In this document: positions 1 through 8,508 of the stretch, piece after piece
How positions within the stretch are numbered: the stretch's first letter is position 1
Layout: each line of letters starts with the position of its first letter
Source of the DNA: Candidatus Hydrogenedentota bacterium
GTDB lineage: Bacteria > Hydrogenedentota > Hydrogenedentia > Hydrogenedentales > SLHB01
Assembly (NCBI GenBank): GCA_963745075.1
Contig: CAVUWV010000014.1
Location: 64,001 to 128,000, forward strand
Direction: 5' to 3'
Length of the DNA stretch: 64,000 bases
Position numbers and translations under genes: made by a program
Notes under the pieces: model-generated
What the model saw: only the letters and a program-made list of their open reading frames with translations
Databases searched by the model: none
What the model was told of the DNA's origin: nothing

Positions 1-11
1 CAATTGCGGAA

Positions 12-507
12 ATGTTCATTCGCTTGGACACCAAAACCACGGCGGGCGATCTGTCTGAAATTCAACAAGCGGCCAAGTCTGCAAGGCGAGCGTTGCAATC
101 CATCGAGAACGTGCGGCGCTACCGGGCCGACGGGGATACGGACAACGCGATCCTCGCGGCGGGACAAGTGGAGCGATTCAATTCGTCCATGGGCGCGGCA
201 CTAAGCGCACCGAACCTCAATCTGAGGCGTAAAAGTGGCGCAAGGCCACCCGGAAAGTCTGAAGAAGCGCACGGATCTAAAAGAGAAGCGCCGCAAGACT
301 ATTGACAGTGAGATCACGTCACGGTGGAATACCGGCCTAACGCAAGAACAAATTGCCAAGGCGATTGAAAAGAAGTATCACAAAGAAAGCGACGACGACG
401 AAGTCCAACTCCGGGACGGTTTCGACAGCCGCACGATTGAAAAGCGAATTACGGAACTCAAGAAACAAGGCGCACTGACAAAGCAACAAAAACCGAAAAA
501 GGCCTAA
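12..507 (+). CDS. Hypothetical protein, probably one frameshifted gene with C-terminal HTH-like region (may start before base 1)
   Basis: Overlapping ORFs 12..305 and 235..507; GLTQEQIAKAI...SRTIEKRITELKKQGAL is HTH-like. Confidence 0.45.
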
Positions 508-627
508 TGGGTTTTTTGCGCAATTTCTCGCCACGAATTCCCGCCTTTTACTAGGAAATACACAGAATTTCCTACCGCAACCTTCGTACCTTCTTAAACA
601 ATAAAGACGAGAAGGAGGCACGAAGAA

Positions 628-845
628 ATGCCCACACTGGAAACCCGAATCGACTGCTCGATCCTAAAAGCGCGGCGTATTACATCGGCATGAGCGCGTC
701 CTTCCTCGCGAACGCGCGGTGTCAAGGCAACCTCGCGGGCCGCACCCCGGCGCCCCCTTACCTCAAAATTGGGCGCACCGTCCGCTATGACGTTGCAGCC
801 TTGGATAAATGGATTAACGAACGGGCGCAAGAATGCACCCGATAA
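628..845 (+). CDS. AlpA/excisionase-type HTH DNA-binding protein (frameshift near 640-648)
   Basis: Not in ORF track. RBS GAAGGAGG at 611-618, ATG 628; frame from 648 reads NRLLDPKSAAYYIGMSASFLANARCQG...PPYLKIGRTVRYDVAALDKWINER, TAA 843-845. Confidence 0.85.
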
Positions 846-871
846 CTTGACCACCTGAAAGGATTCACAGA

Positions 872-2061
872 ATGGCGACTGCAACAAAGAAACGAGAAAC
901 CGCAGACCAGGCGCGGGCGCGGATTCGCGCGAAGTTCCCGGACCTTGCAATTTCGGACGTAGTAGACCCAATCGAACGCGACCCGATGCGCGGGTTTTCC
1001 AGTCACCGGCATTTCTTCGGCGCGGTCATGGCAACCCCCGCCGGACTTCCCCGACAGAATCGAGCAATGCGCAAATGAAAAAGTATGCGCGGTTTCTTCG
1101 AGTGAACGGCATCGAACTCAGACTGAAAGCCACGGCGGGATCAGACGAACAGAGCACGTTCGCGGACCCCTACGGCGGCGCCCTTGTCCCTGGCGGGATT
1201 CTCTCTGCGGATATTCTCGGCACCGGCTCAACATCCGATCCGTTGGCGGGTAGAACCCGGCGCTTTCCCGATGGATACCCGCACCCTGCGAATGGCCTAC
1301 CGCGTAGACAAGGACCACAGCGATTCGGTTTCGGGTGGCACCGTTTGGACGAGGCGCGAAGAGGCGGCTGATATCGCCGACGGTCGTGTTGAGATCGGCC
1401 AATTTCGTTTGGAAGCGTATGCACTCATTGGGCTGAACTTCACGACGAACGAACTTCTTCACGACTCCCCGAGGGCGGTTGCTTCGCTGGTTGCCTCCGG
1501 CTTTCAGACCGAACTCGGATCGCGGCTGCGTGAGATGAACGGCTGAACGGCACCGGCGTTGGCGAATTCGCGGGCATCAACAATTCCCCGGCAATGATCA
1601 CCGTTGAACCGGAAACCGGACAGGCAGCGGACAGCATCGTCTTTGAGAACGTAGTGAACATGCAGGGCCGAATGTGGGGCCAAGGGATTTGGCTTGCGAA
1701 CCCCGACACGCGCGTCTCGCTACTGTCAATCAACAAGGCCGTGGGCTTTCCGGTCTTCGTACCGCGTACCGCTGAAGATGAACCCGACATGCTGCTCGGC
1801 TTCCCGCTGTATTTCAGCGAGCATTGCGAGACGTTGGGCGATGCCGGAGATATCCTGTGCATCAATCCCGCCGAATACTTGGAAGGCGTCTACGAACCCC
1901 TACAGAGCGCGGAAAGCCTTTTCGTTCGCTTTGAATCCCACGAAAACTGTTTCAAGTTCTGGACCAGGAATGCAGGCGCACCCTGGTGGGATGCCGCGTT
2001 GACGCCAAAGAAAGGCGCGAACACTCTAAGCCCATTCGTTCGCTTGGCGGCGCGGGCCTAA
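872..2061 (+). CDS. HK97-fold phage major capsid protein, split by at least 3 frameshifts
   Basis: Successive frames give DPMRGFSS..FFGAV, ATAGSDEQSTFADPYGGALVP, WTRREE..TTNELLHDSP, LNGTGVGEFAGI, LLGFPLYFSE, LGDAGDI, TLSPFVRLA, in the order expected for HK97-family capsids. Confidence 0.85.
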
Positions 2062-2062
2062 C

Positions 2063-2299
2063 ATGCGCGGTATTCTCCGATGGATTCTCAATCTACTCGC
2101 AGCGGATGAACCCGAACCGGCGCGGCGTGTGCTTCACGATTTCCGCATGTGGGAACCGATGGGCACCGAACCGCGCGACGAGGGTATCCACTGCGGCAAT
2201 GTGTCTTCCTCCGAACCCGGCCACGGGGCGCGGCATTGGGTATCGACTCCACCTGATGCCGTGCCCCCGGACGCGGGAGAATGGCGGGGGCCGCGATGA
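2063..2299 (+). CDS. Small hypothetical protein
   Basis: 78-aa ORF starting 2 nt after the capsid stop and overlapping the next ATG (ATGA). Confidence 0.5.
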   Translation: MRGILRWILNLLAADEPEPARRVLHDFRMWEPMGTEPRDEGIHCGNVSSSEPGHGARHWVSTPPDAVPPDAGEWRGPR

Positions 2300-3895
2300 A
2301 CACGGCCACGATACGGCGCAACGGGCACGCTCCTTCCGAAGCGACTATCGCGGCGTGCAAGGCGTTGCTCGGGAGCGCAATCAAAGGCGATGCCGATGCG
2401 GCGCGGGAAATCGCGGCAATACCTTCCCAAGCCTGGCCGGATAAGACGATGCGCGAAGCGGCGCGGCATATCATCGAACTCACGGCGGACGGCGCGGCGT
2501 TGGAACTCCCGATCCTTCTACACCGGCTGGCCGTAGGCGGGAAAGTGAGCACCGGCGACGTTTCGGCACTCACGAAGGCATCACCTGTCTACGATACGGA
2601 GGCCGTTGGCGACATCATTCGCACGACTACCGAGAGCGCGAAGGGCGGCATCTGGCGGACCTGCGGGCCAAGGGCGCTATTTCGGATACGGACCTTCGGC
2701 AAGCACTCGCGGAACTGGACACACACGAAACGGCCGGCAAGACTCCGGCGCTATCCCCGGTTGATACGGCGGAATGGCTCACCGGGGAACCACGGTCTAT
2801 TGAGTACCTATACGACGGGACTATCGCGCGGCGTTCGCTTGTCCTGCTTACGGGTCAGGGTGGAATAGGGAAAAGCGGCGTACTGCTCGTTATTGTGACA
2901 TCCGGTTGCATTGGGCGGGCGTTGCTCCCTGCGTTTCGACCTGCGGGCCGGTTGCGCGTGCTGTGGCTCTGCTCTGAGGATGACGCAGAGGAAGTCTGGC
3001 GGCGTTGGGCGCGGTTGTCCGAAGCCTACGGACTGAGCGACGAGGATCGCGCGGCCTTCGCGGAGAACCTGCGGTTGTACTGCAACCCCGGTATTCCGTT
3101 GATGGACTCCACAGGACGGATGACGGACGCATACAAGTGGCTTCGCGCGGAAGTTGAATCGTTCAAGCCAGACCTTGTTTGCGTCGATCCGCTATGCCAT
3201 TTCCATCAGTTTGATGAAAACAGTAATGCTGAAATGGCCATCTTTATGTCTCGGTTGCGTGACTTGAGCACGCCACACGGCGCGGCGATATTGGCCGTCC
3301 ATCACGTGCCGAAGGATAGAGAGAAGGAAGCAAAGTCGGCGGCGGCGCGTGGGGCTTCATCCATTCGCGACAGTGCAAGGTGCATGTTCGGAATTGTTGA
3401 ATTGAACGAAAAGGAAGTCACGGACTACGGCATATCGAACCCCCGGCTATTCGCGCGGCTGGAACACTCCAAGGCGTCATGGACTCCGCTGTCTGACCGG
3501 GCCGTGTTCCTTCGGAATCAGGACGGCGTGTGGTTTGAATGTGACCTGACCGGACAGCGGGAGGAAGCGCAGCGGGAAATACCACCCGCATGGCGCGGCG
3601 AATCGGGGAACTGCTCGCCACGGATTCCGAAGGAACCTATACCCGGAGGGAATTGCAAAGCAACCCTGCGGCGCATGGATTCGCGAGCGGCTGGAATCCG
3701 GAATTCGGTACCAATGCGAACCGGACAACCTACTCTGGATGCTGTCAATCACGGCGTCAAAACCGGCGTGCTTTTGAAGAAGAAATCAAGCAAAAAGGAC
3801 GGCCACGAAGCGTTATAACGGGCCTGTCCGAAACTCTTGCGGACAAGCGGACAGAGGCGGACAGCGGCGATCTGTCCGAAATTCCAACACCATGA
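2296..3895 (+). CDS. Replication helicase: DnaB-N-like domain + AAA_25/RepA-type ATPase, frameshifted, 3' end uncertain
   Basis: Walker A TGQGGIGKS near 2850-2876 in frame with ORF 2895..3818; LCSED, Walker B LVCVDP, DENSNAEM, AVHH, AARGASSI; N-terminal helical region resembles DnaB-N. Confidence 0.8.
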
Positions 3896-4045
3896 GCACT
3901 AAGGACTTAGATACTACCCATCGAATTACGGACAAGCGGACAGACAACCTTGAATTGTCCGTAATTCGTAAGTCCTTGCGGCACAATAACTTTGAATTAC
4001 GGACAGGCGAGCCTCAAGGGGGAGAAAAAACGCTGTCCGAAACTC
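3824..4045. repeat. Iteron-like array, putative replication origin
   Basis: Ten CGGACA/TGTCCG hexamers starting at 3825, 3840, 3848, 3858, 3873, 3929, 3937, 3956, 4000, 4034, in both orientations, at the 3' end of the rep gene. Confidence 0.75.
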
Positions 4046-4164
4046 CGCGTTTTTCTTCCCCCACCGGTTATTGGGCGGCGGCGCGGCGGACCTATCGAAT
4101 CAGTTGCGGAAATCATGCCAAGGGTTATCACCTTCACGGACACGGAACAAAAGGAGTCGGCAGC

Positions 4165-4355
4165 ATGAACACGATAGAAATACTTGAACGGGCAAACGAA
4201 CTACTCGGGGCGGAACTGGCCGGCAAAGATCAGGCCAGCACACCGACTACCGCAAGGATATCGAGACAGCAATGTACGTGGTTTGGTCTATGCGCGAACG
4301 GGAGCGGTACGCGGTGGGCAGCATTGCGGCTCATAACAGCAACGCCCCGTCATGA
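4165..4355 (+). CDS. Small hypothetical protein (frameshifted)
   Basis: RBS AAGGAG then ATG 4165 (MNTIEILERANELL); second frame ends at TGA 4353-4355 overlapping the next ATG. Confidence 0.4.
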
Positions 4356-4534
4356 GCACACGAACCACACGGGCGATCCGCTACACATGCCGTCCACCAT
4401 GCAGCTACGCGGGGCATATTGACAAGCCACGGGGCAACGAACCCCTGCAACGGGGCAGAGCGTACTGTCCGCAATGCGGCGCGTTGCTCTATCCCGAGGA
4501 TGTTCGGGTACTGGCGAAGGAGCAAGCACAATGA
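4352..4534 (+). CDS. Small Cys-rich Zn-ribbon protein
   Basis: CRPPC...CPQCG; ATGA overlaps on both sides. Confidence 0.6.
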   Translation: MSTRTTRAIRYTCRPPCSYAGHIDKPRGNEPLQRGRAYCPQCGALLYPEDVRVLAKEQAQ

Positions 4535-4734
4535 GCTATATAGGCGTCAAATACCATTGTTGTGCGCATGATTGCCGTTACGAGTTTCGCGAGACCGTGA
4601 ACCCACCGGGCTGCACGACGGCCAAGCGAAAGCCTATCGCAGTGCGCGAAGACTATCGCTGTCCTGAATGCGGGCATCCGATGGGCTGGACGTTGACTGT
4701 AGACCATTGGGACGACGACGGAAGCGAGGGGTGA
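4531..4734 (+). CDS. Small Zn-ribbon protein
   Basis: RBS AAGGAG, ATG 4531; CCAHDC...CPECG. Confidence 0.6.
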   Translation: MSYIGVKYHCCAHDCRYEFRETVNPPGCTTAKRKPIAVREDYRCPECGHPMGWTLTVDHWDDDGSEG

Positions 4735-4773
4735 AGCAGATGTTTCCAAAAAAAATAGGGGGGAGGGGGTAGC

Positions 4774-5101
4774 GTGAGCAAGGCATGGGCAGACCTTGAA
4801 CGCGACACGGCAGAAGCCTTGGGCGGCGTCCGTATCAAGCGCGACCTATTCCAGAGCGAGGCCGACGTGTGGCTATCGGACTTCGCAATGGTCTATCGAC
4901 TGCAAGCGGCACAAACGTTGGGCGTTCCATACCCTACTCGATACCGTCAAGCGGAAGTACGGCGGCACAGCGATCCTTGTCACGCGAAGCCACGGCGGGC
5001 GGACCTACGCGACGCTCCCGCTTGAAACCTTCGCGGCGCTGCTCGGGGAAGTACGGGCGGCGCGGCGGACCACGACGAGCACGACGAGGCGGACAGGATG
5101 A
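4774..5101 (+). CDS. PD-(D/E)XK nuclease, Holliday-junction-resolvase-like (frameshift near 4885)
   Basis: MSKAWADLERDTAEALGGVR..ADV (ORF 4774) continues as WSIDCKRHK...AILV...YATLPLETFAALL (ORF 4796). Confidence 0.65.
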
Positions 5102-5323
5102 GGCACACACGCAAGCCTTGCGAATTGCGAATCGTTTCATGTGCATCGAAGTACACGAACGGACAAGCAACGCGACAACGGGCCGTGGGCGCTTCCTACG
5201 GGCGCGGCGGACACCCCATACCGTATAGAGGGGGTCAAGGCTCCAGACGCCAGACGTAGACCACGTCGCGCGCCACGCGCTTGCGTATGTGTACCCCGTT
5301 GTCGAAAAAGTGAGGATTGAGCG

Positions 5324-5791
5324 ATGAACGAACCAAAACCCCCGGCGCACCTGTCCAGAGCAAGCAAAGCATGGTGGAAAGAGATCGTATCCGGTTACGA
5401 ATTGGACTCGCATCATTTGAAACTGCTCGAAGGCGCGGCGGTTCAATGGGACAGAGCGACCGAAGCACGAGAGGCTATCGAGCGCGACGGCGTGAGCACG
5501 GTAGACCGTTGGGGACAAGTGAAAGCGCACCCGGCGGTAGAGATAGAACGGCAAGCTATGACGTTGTTCGCGCGTCTGGTGCGGGAATTGGCGCTTGATG
5601 TTGATCCCCTGGCGAAGTTGGATGGCCGCCCAGTATCGGCGCGAACGCAGGACGGAGGCGGTAGAAATGCCACGCAAACGGCTACGCTCGAAATCACGAC
5701 GGGCACCCGCGTTGGGCGAATTCAATCTGTACCTTGCCGTGCGGCGTTTCGTTGCCTTCGAGGATACCGAAGCGCAGCGGGCCGGACTTGA
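5324..5791 (+). CDS. terS: Phage terminase small subunit, P27 family (true stop probably near 5664)
   Basis: PKPPAHLS..SKAWWKEI, EAIERDG..DRWGQVKAHPAVEIER, LVRELAL; the ORF tail overlaps the next gene. Confidence 0.85.
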   Translation: MNEPKPPAHLSRASKAWWKEIVSGYELDSHHLKLLEGAAVQWDRATEAREAIERDGVSTVDRWGQVKAHPAVEIERQAMTLFARLVRELALDVDPLAKLDGRPVSARTQDGGGRNATQTATLEITTGTRVGRIQSVPCRAAFRCLRGYRSAAGRT

Positions 5792-6059
5792 CGCGACTCG
5801 CGATTCATGGGAACCGTGGGCAGCACAGATTATCGAAGCACACGCGGCGCGGTCTACCGGTTGTCGCCCGTCGTTTTGGTGGCACTTCGATTGCCCGAGG
5901 GAGCATCGGCACATGGGCACGGTCTACCCGTACACCCTGGCGCATTTCCGCGAACGGTTGGAACTGCTCGAAAGCATGAACGCGCTACAACCCGGCGAGC
6001 GCGAAGCGTTGGAAAGCTGGATTCACGAAAGGGAACAACATGCCACGGGTACGGCGTAA
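5667..6059 (+). CDS. Hypothetical protein, paralog A
   Basis: RBS GGAGG, ATG 5667; MPRKRLRSKSR...GCRPSFWWHFD. Confidence 0.7.
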   Translation: MPRKRLRSKSRRAPALGEFNLYLAVRRFVAFEDTEAQRAGLDATRDSWEPWAAQIIEAHAARSTGCRPSFWWHFDCPREHRHMGTVYPYTLAHFRERLELLESMNALQPGEREALESWIHEREQHATGTA

Positions 6060-6378
6060 ATCAAAAGCACGAAGCACGGAGCGGCTATCCGATTTCGAGG
6101 TAATGCGCGTCGGCAAGTTGGGCGGCGAATTCCTTCGCAAGTATGCGCGGTATTGGCCGGCACACGGCGAAGAGTGGACACGGATGCAAGGGCACGATCA
6201 CCCCGGCACGCGGCCTTCACTGTTTTGGGAACTCGATCACCCGGAACTTATGGGCGAAGTAGCGGAGCTTGGCGAAACCGAGACACTACGGCGGCACGGA
6301 CTTTTGACGGACTATGAAATTGCGAGTTTTGAACGGCGCGAGAGGTTTGCGCAAAAGGGGAGCGACACGGATGAGTAA
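6040..6378 (+). CDS. Hypothetical protein, paralog B
   Basis: MPRVRRKSKAR...PGTRPSLFWELD; shares motifs with the upstream gene. Confidence 0.7.
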   Translation: MPRVRRKSKARSTERLSDFEVMRVGKLGGEFLRKYARYWPAHGEEWTRMQGHDHPGTRPSLFWELDHPELMGEVAELGETETLRRHGLLTDYEIASFERRERFAQKGSDTDE

Positions 6379-6586
6379 ACCATCGGCGGAATTTGTAGAA
6401 CGGCAGGACAAACTCGAATCTGCGGTATCGGCGGCATTCCTTGCCGTGGGCGCACACCCCGAGGAGGCATGGTGGAACCGGGCTTGTAATTCCGCAATCA
6501 GGGAAGCGACCCGAAACGGTCTGTTATGCGTTGCGGACACCCCACGGCGGACGGCGGACCCGGACCCGGACTATTTCGGCGGATGA
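6371..6586 (+). CDS. Small hypothetical protein
   Basis: ATG 6371 overlapping the upstream stop region; 71 aa. Confidence 0.5.
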   Translation: MSKPSAEFVERQDKLESAVSAAFLAVGAHPEEAWWNRACNSAIREATRNGLLCVADTPRRTADPDPDYFGG

Positions 6587-6750
6587 TTCCCTTGGCAACA
6601 TCGGGATCGCGGCGTGTGGGGCATCCTGGCGCGGCGGGCTACCGATTCCTACCTCACGGGCGACAGCAACGAGAGGAAACTCAGAAGCTGTTGAATCAAT
6701 TGGATGAGCTGCAAGAATTGGCTCAGACTTTGGAACAAGGCGAGGATTGA
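6583..6750 (+). CDS. Small hypothetical protein with coiled-coil C-terminus
   Basis: ATGA overlap; QREETQKLLNQLDELQELAQTLEQ. Confidence 0.4.
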   Translation: MIPLATSGSRRVGHPGAAGYRFLPHGRQQREETQKLLNQLDELQELAQTLEQGED

Positions 6751-6784
6751 GGGCATCGGATAGATTCCTTTTGGTTTGGCTTCT

Positions 6785-6857
6785 CGGGTCACATACGGGT
6801 CATAACGTATACTAGACATAATACAGGGACTTACGCTAGCTATTTCGTAAGTCCCTG
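6785..6857. other. Putative att-junction sequences: direct repeat CGGGTCA x2 and 12-bp inverted repeat (possible tRNA terminator)
   Basis: CGGGTCA at 6785 and 6796; CAGGGACTTACG 6824-6835 and CGTAAGTCCCTG 6846-6857, 17 nt from the tRNA 3' end. Confidence 0.55.
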
Positions 6858-6874
6858 ATTTCATTAGATTTAAC

Positions 6875-6952
6875 TGGTCGGGGTGAGAGGATTTGAACCT
6901 CCGGCCTCTTCGTCCCGAACGAAGCGCGCTAACCGGGCTGCGCTACACCCCG
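6875..6952 (-). tRNA. tRNA-Pro(CGG)
   Basis: Reverse complement CGGGGTGTAGCGCAGCCCGGTTAGCGCGCTTCGTTCGGGACGAAGAGGCCGGAGGTTCAAATCCTCTCACCCCGACCA; cloverleaf, anticodon CGG, encoded CCA. Confidence 0.98.
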
Positions 6953-6963
6953 ACAGAACGCGT

Positions 6964-6993
6964 ATGGTACCGCGCCGCAGTGGGATGTGTCAA
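6964..6993 (-). promoter_or_regulatory. Sigma70-type promoter for tRNA-Pro
   Basis: TTGACA-N18-TACCAT on the minus strand, 11 nt upstream of the tRNA. Confidence 0.65.
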
Positions 6994-7073
6994 ATTGAAG
7001 GACCGGCTGGAGGCTTCAGGTTGATAAGGCCGCGATCATTTCCTTCGAACCCGCCTGGTGTGGAAACCGGCCG

Positions 7074-8375
7074 TTACAAATCGGGAGAAACCTCGCCTTT
7101 CGTCCGCCCCAGTTTCCGCCGGATGCGTTCGAGGCGGTGGTGGAAGGCGGTGAGGGGAGTGGCTTCGAATTCCGTGGCGCGGCCCAGGGTGGCACGGGTT
7201 TCGAGGTATTCGATGGCTTCGACGCACATCCGTTCTGCGTCGGGTAGCCGGCGCGCTCGGTGCTCGTAATGCTTGGCGAGTTCAAGCCGCGCAAGGAGGT
7301 TGGTCGGGTTTTCCTGCAACAGCAGCGCGTAGCTACCCTCCATGCGTTGCCAGTCGCTCAGACGTTTCGCGGCGAGGGCGATGTATTCGAGGCATTCCTT
7401 GCGCAACTCGCCCTGTTCTTCGATTTCCAGCAGTTGTTCGCCTTGGACGATCGCGTGTTCGTACTTCTTCTGCAAGAAGAAGACGCGCACCATAGACAGC
7501 CGGTCCTCCGCGTGCTCGAATCCCGTACCGTCCGGACTTGAAAGGCACCGCGATAGCCACGCCGTCAGGGCCACCAGCGAGAGAATGTCCATTTTGTGGT
7601 GGTAGAAGACCCCATCAAGGCGCCGCGCGTCGCGCGTGCGGATATAGTCGAACCACATCTGCGGGATCTCGTAGCTGGGCACGTCTCCGTGGCGTTCGAT
7701 GCCGAGGATCATGCGCTCCACGTTGGTCAGGTTGCAGGCCCCCAAGCGGCGTTTCCAGAAGCGTCGCGCCGCGTGCAGGAGATCGAAGTGCATGATACTG
7801 TCGGCGCGAAAGGGAATGCGGTTCTGGATGAACCGAGTGCGGAGCAGCGGTAGATCAAAACTCTTGCCGTTGTAACTGACGACGGCTTTCTTCTCCTTGA
7901 ACACCTCGGCCAAGTATTCAAGCATAGGCTCTTCGTCATCGTAATCGCGCATGAAACACTGGTCGAGGCGAAATCCATCGTCTACGAAGTAGCCCACGCC
8001 GATGAGGAAGGCGACGGTTCCCGTGCCGCCGGACAGGCCGCTGGTTTCGGTGTCGATAAAGAGGGCTTTCCGCGGATCGAATTCACATAGTTCATCGTCC
8101 GACGCAGACAAGGCAATGTGTTCGCCGCATACGTCCAGCACGGACCGCAAGGCGATCGCGCCTTGATGCGTGTCGAGGGGGAAGGTCTCCTGCACGAGGT
8201 AGAAACCGAGATCGTTGTCGCCGACAACCTGGCCGGGGACAACCTTGTCAATCTCAAAATCGCCGGACTCGCGTTGCTTCCGCAGATCGTCCAGCTTCTG
8301 GACCCAATCCGAGCCCCGCATGAGTCCGGGCTTCCCCGCGAGGAGTCCGTCGAGTTTGTCCTTCATGCCGGACAT
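7074..8375 (-). CDS. yprB: YprB/MrfB-like RNase H-fold (DEDD) exonuclease with C-terminal TPR repeats
   Basis: FIDTETSGLSGGTGT, SYNGKSFD, HFDLLH, HHKMDILSL, LELAKHYEH. Confidence 0.88.
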   Translation of the reverse strand: MSGMKDKLDGLLAGKPGLMRGSDWVQKLDDLRKQRESGDFEIDKVVPGQVVGDNDLGFYLVQETFPLDTHQGAIALRSVLDVCGEHIALSASDDELCEFDPRKALFIDTETSGLSGGTGTVAFLIGVGYFVDDGFRLDQCFMRDYDDEEPMLEYLAEVFKEKKAVVSYNGKSFDLPLLRTRFIQNRIPFRADSIMHFDLLHAARRFWKRRLGACNLTNVERMILGIERHGDVPSYEIPQMWFDYIRTRDARRLDGVFYHHKMDILSLVALTAWLSRCLSSPDGTGFEHAEDRLSMVRVFFLQKKYEHAIVQGEQLLEIEEQGELRKECLEYIALAAKRLSDWQRMEGSYALLLQENPTNLLARLELAKHYEHRARRLPDAERMCVEAIEYLETRATLGRATEFEATPLTAFHHRLERIRRKLGRTKGEVSPDL

Positions 8376-8508
8376 GGAATGCTTGCCTTTTGGGTCGATG
8401 TCGGTGCGCCGACGCCACGAGTCAAAGAGGCCGATAGTATCAGCAATTGAGTTTTCGCAAACTGAGTTCCTAGATTTTGGCCCGAAGGGCCGTAACATGA
8501 CAGCCCAG

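Larger units (their letters stand above)
1..6874 (+). mobile_element. Integrated phage satellite / PICI-like element (right part; left end and presumed integrase outside the window)
   Basis: Co-oriented, tightly packed phage-type genes (AlpA HTH, HK97 capsid, AAA_25 helicase, nuclease, small terminase) ending next to the CCA end of tRNA-Pro. Confidence 0.85.

Noticed and set aside
3824..4045. Possible CRISPR array
   Set aside because: Repeats are 6-16 bp, in mixed orientation and irregularly spaced; no cas genes seen in the window
3892..4422. 176-aa ORF
   Set aside because: Runs through the iteron array; only the part from ATG 4165 has an RBS
6883..7269. 128-aa plus-strand ORF
   Set aside because: Antisense to tRNA-Pro and yprB
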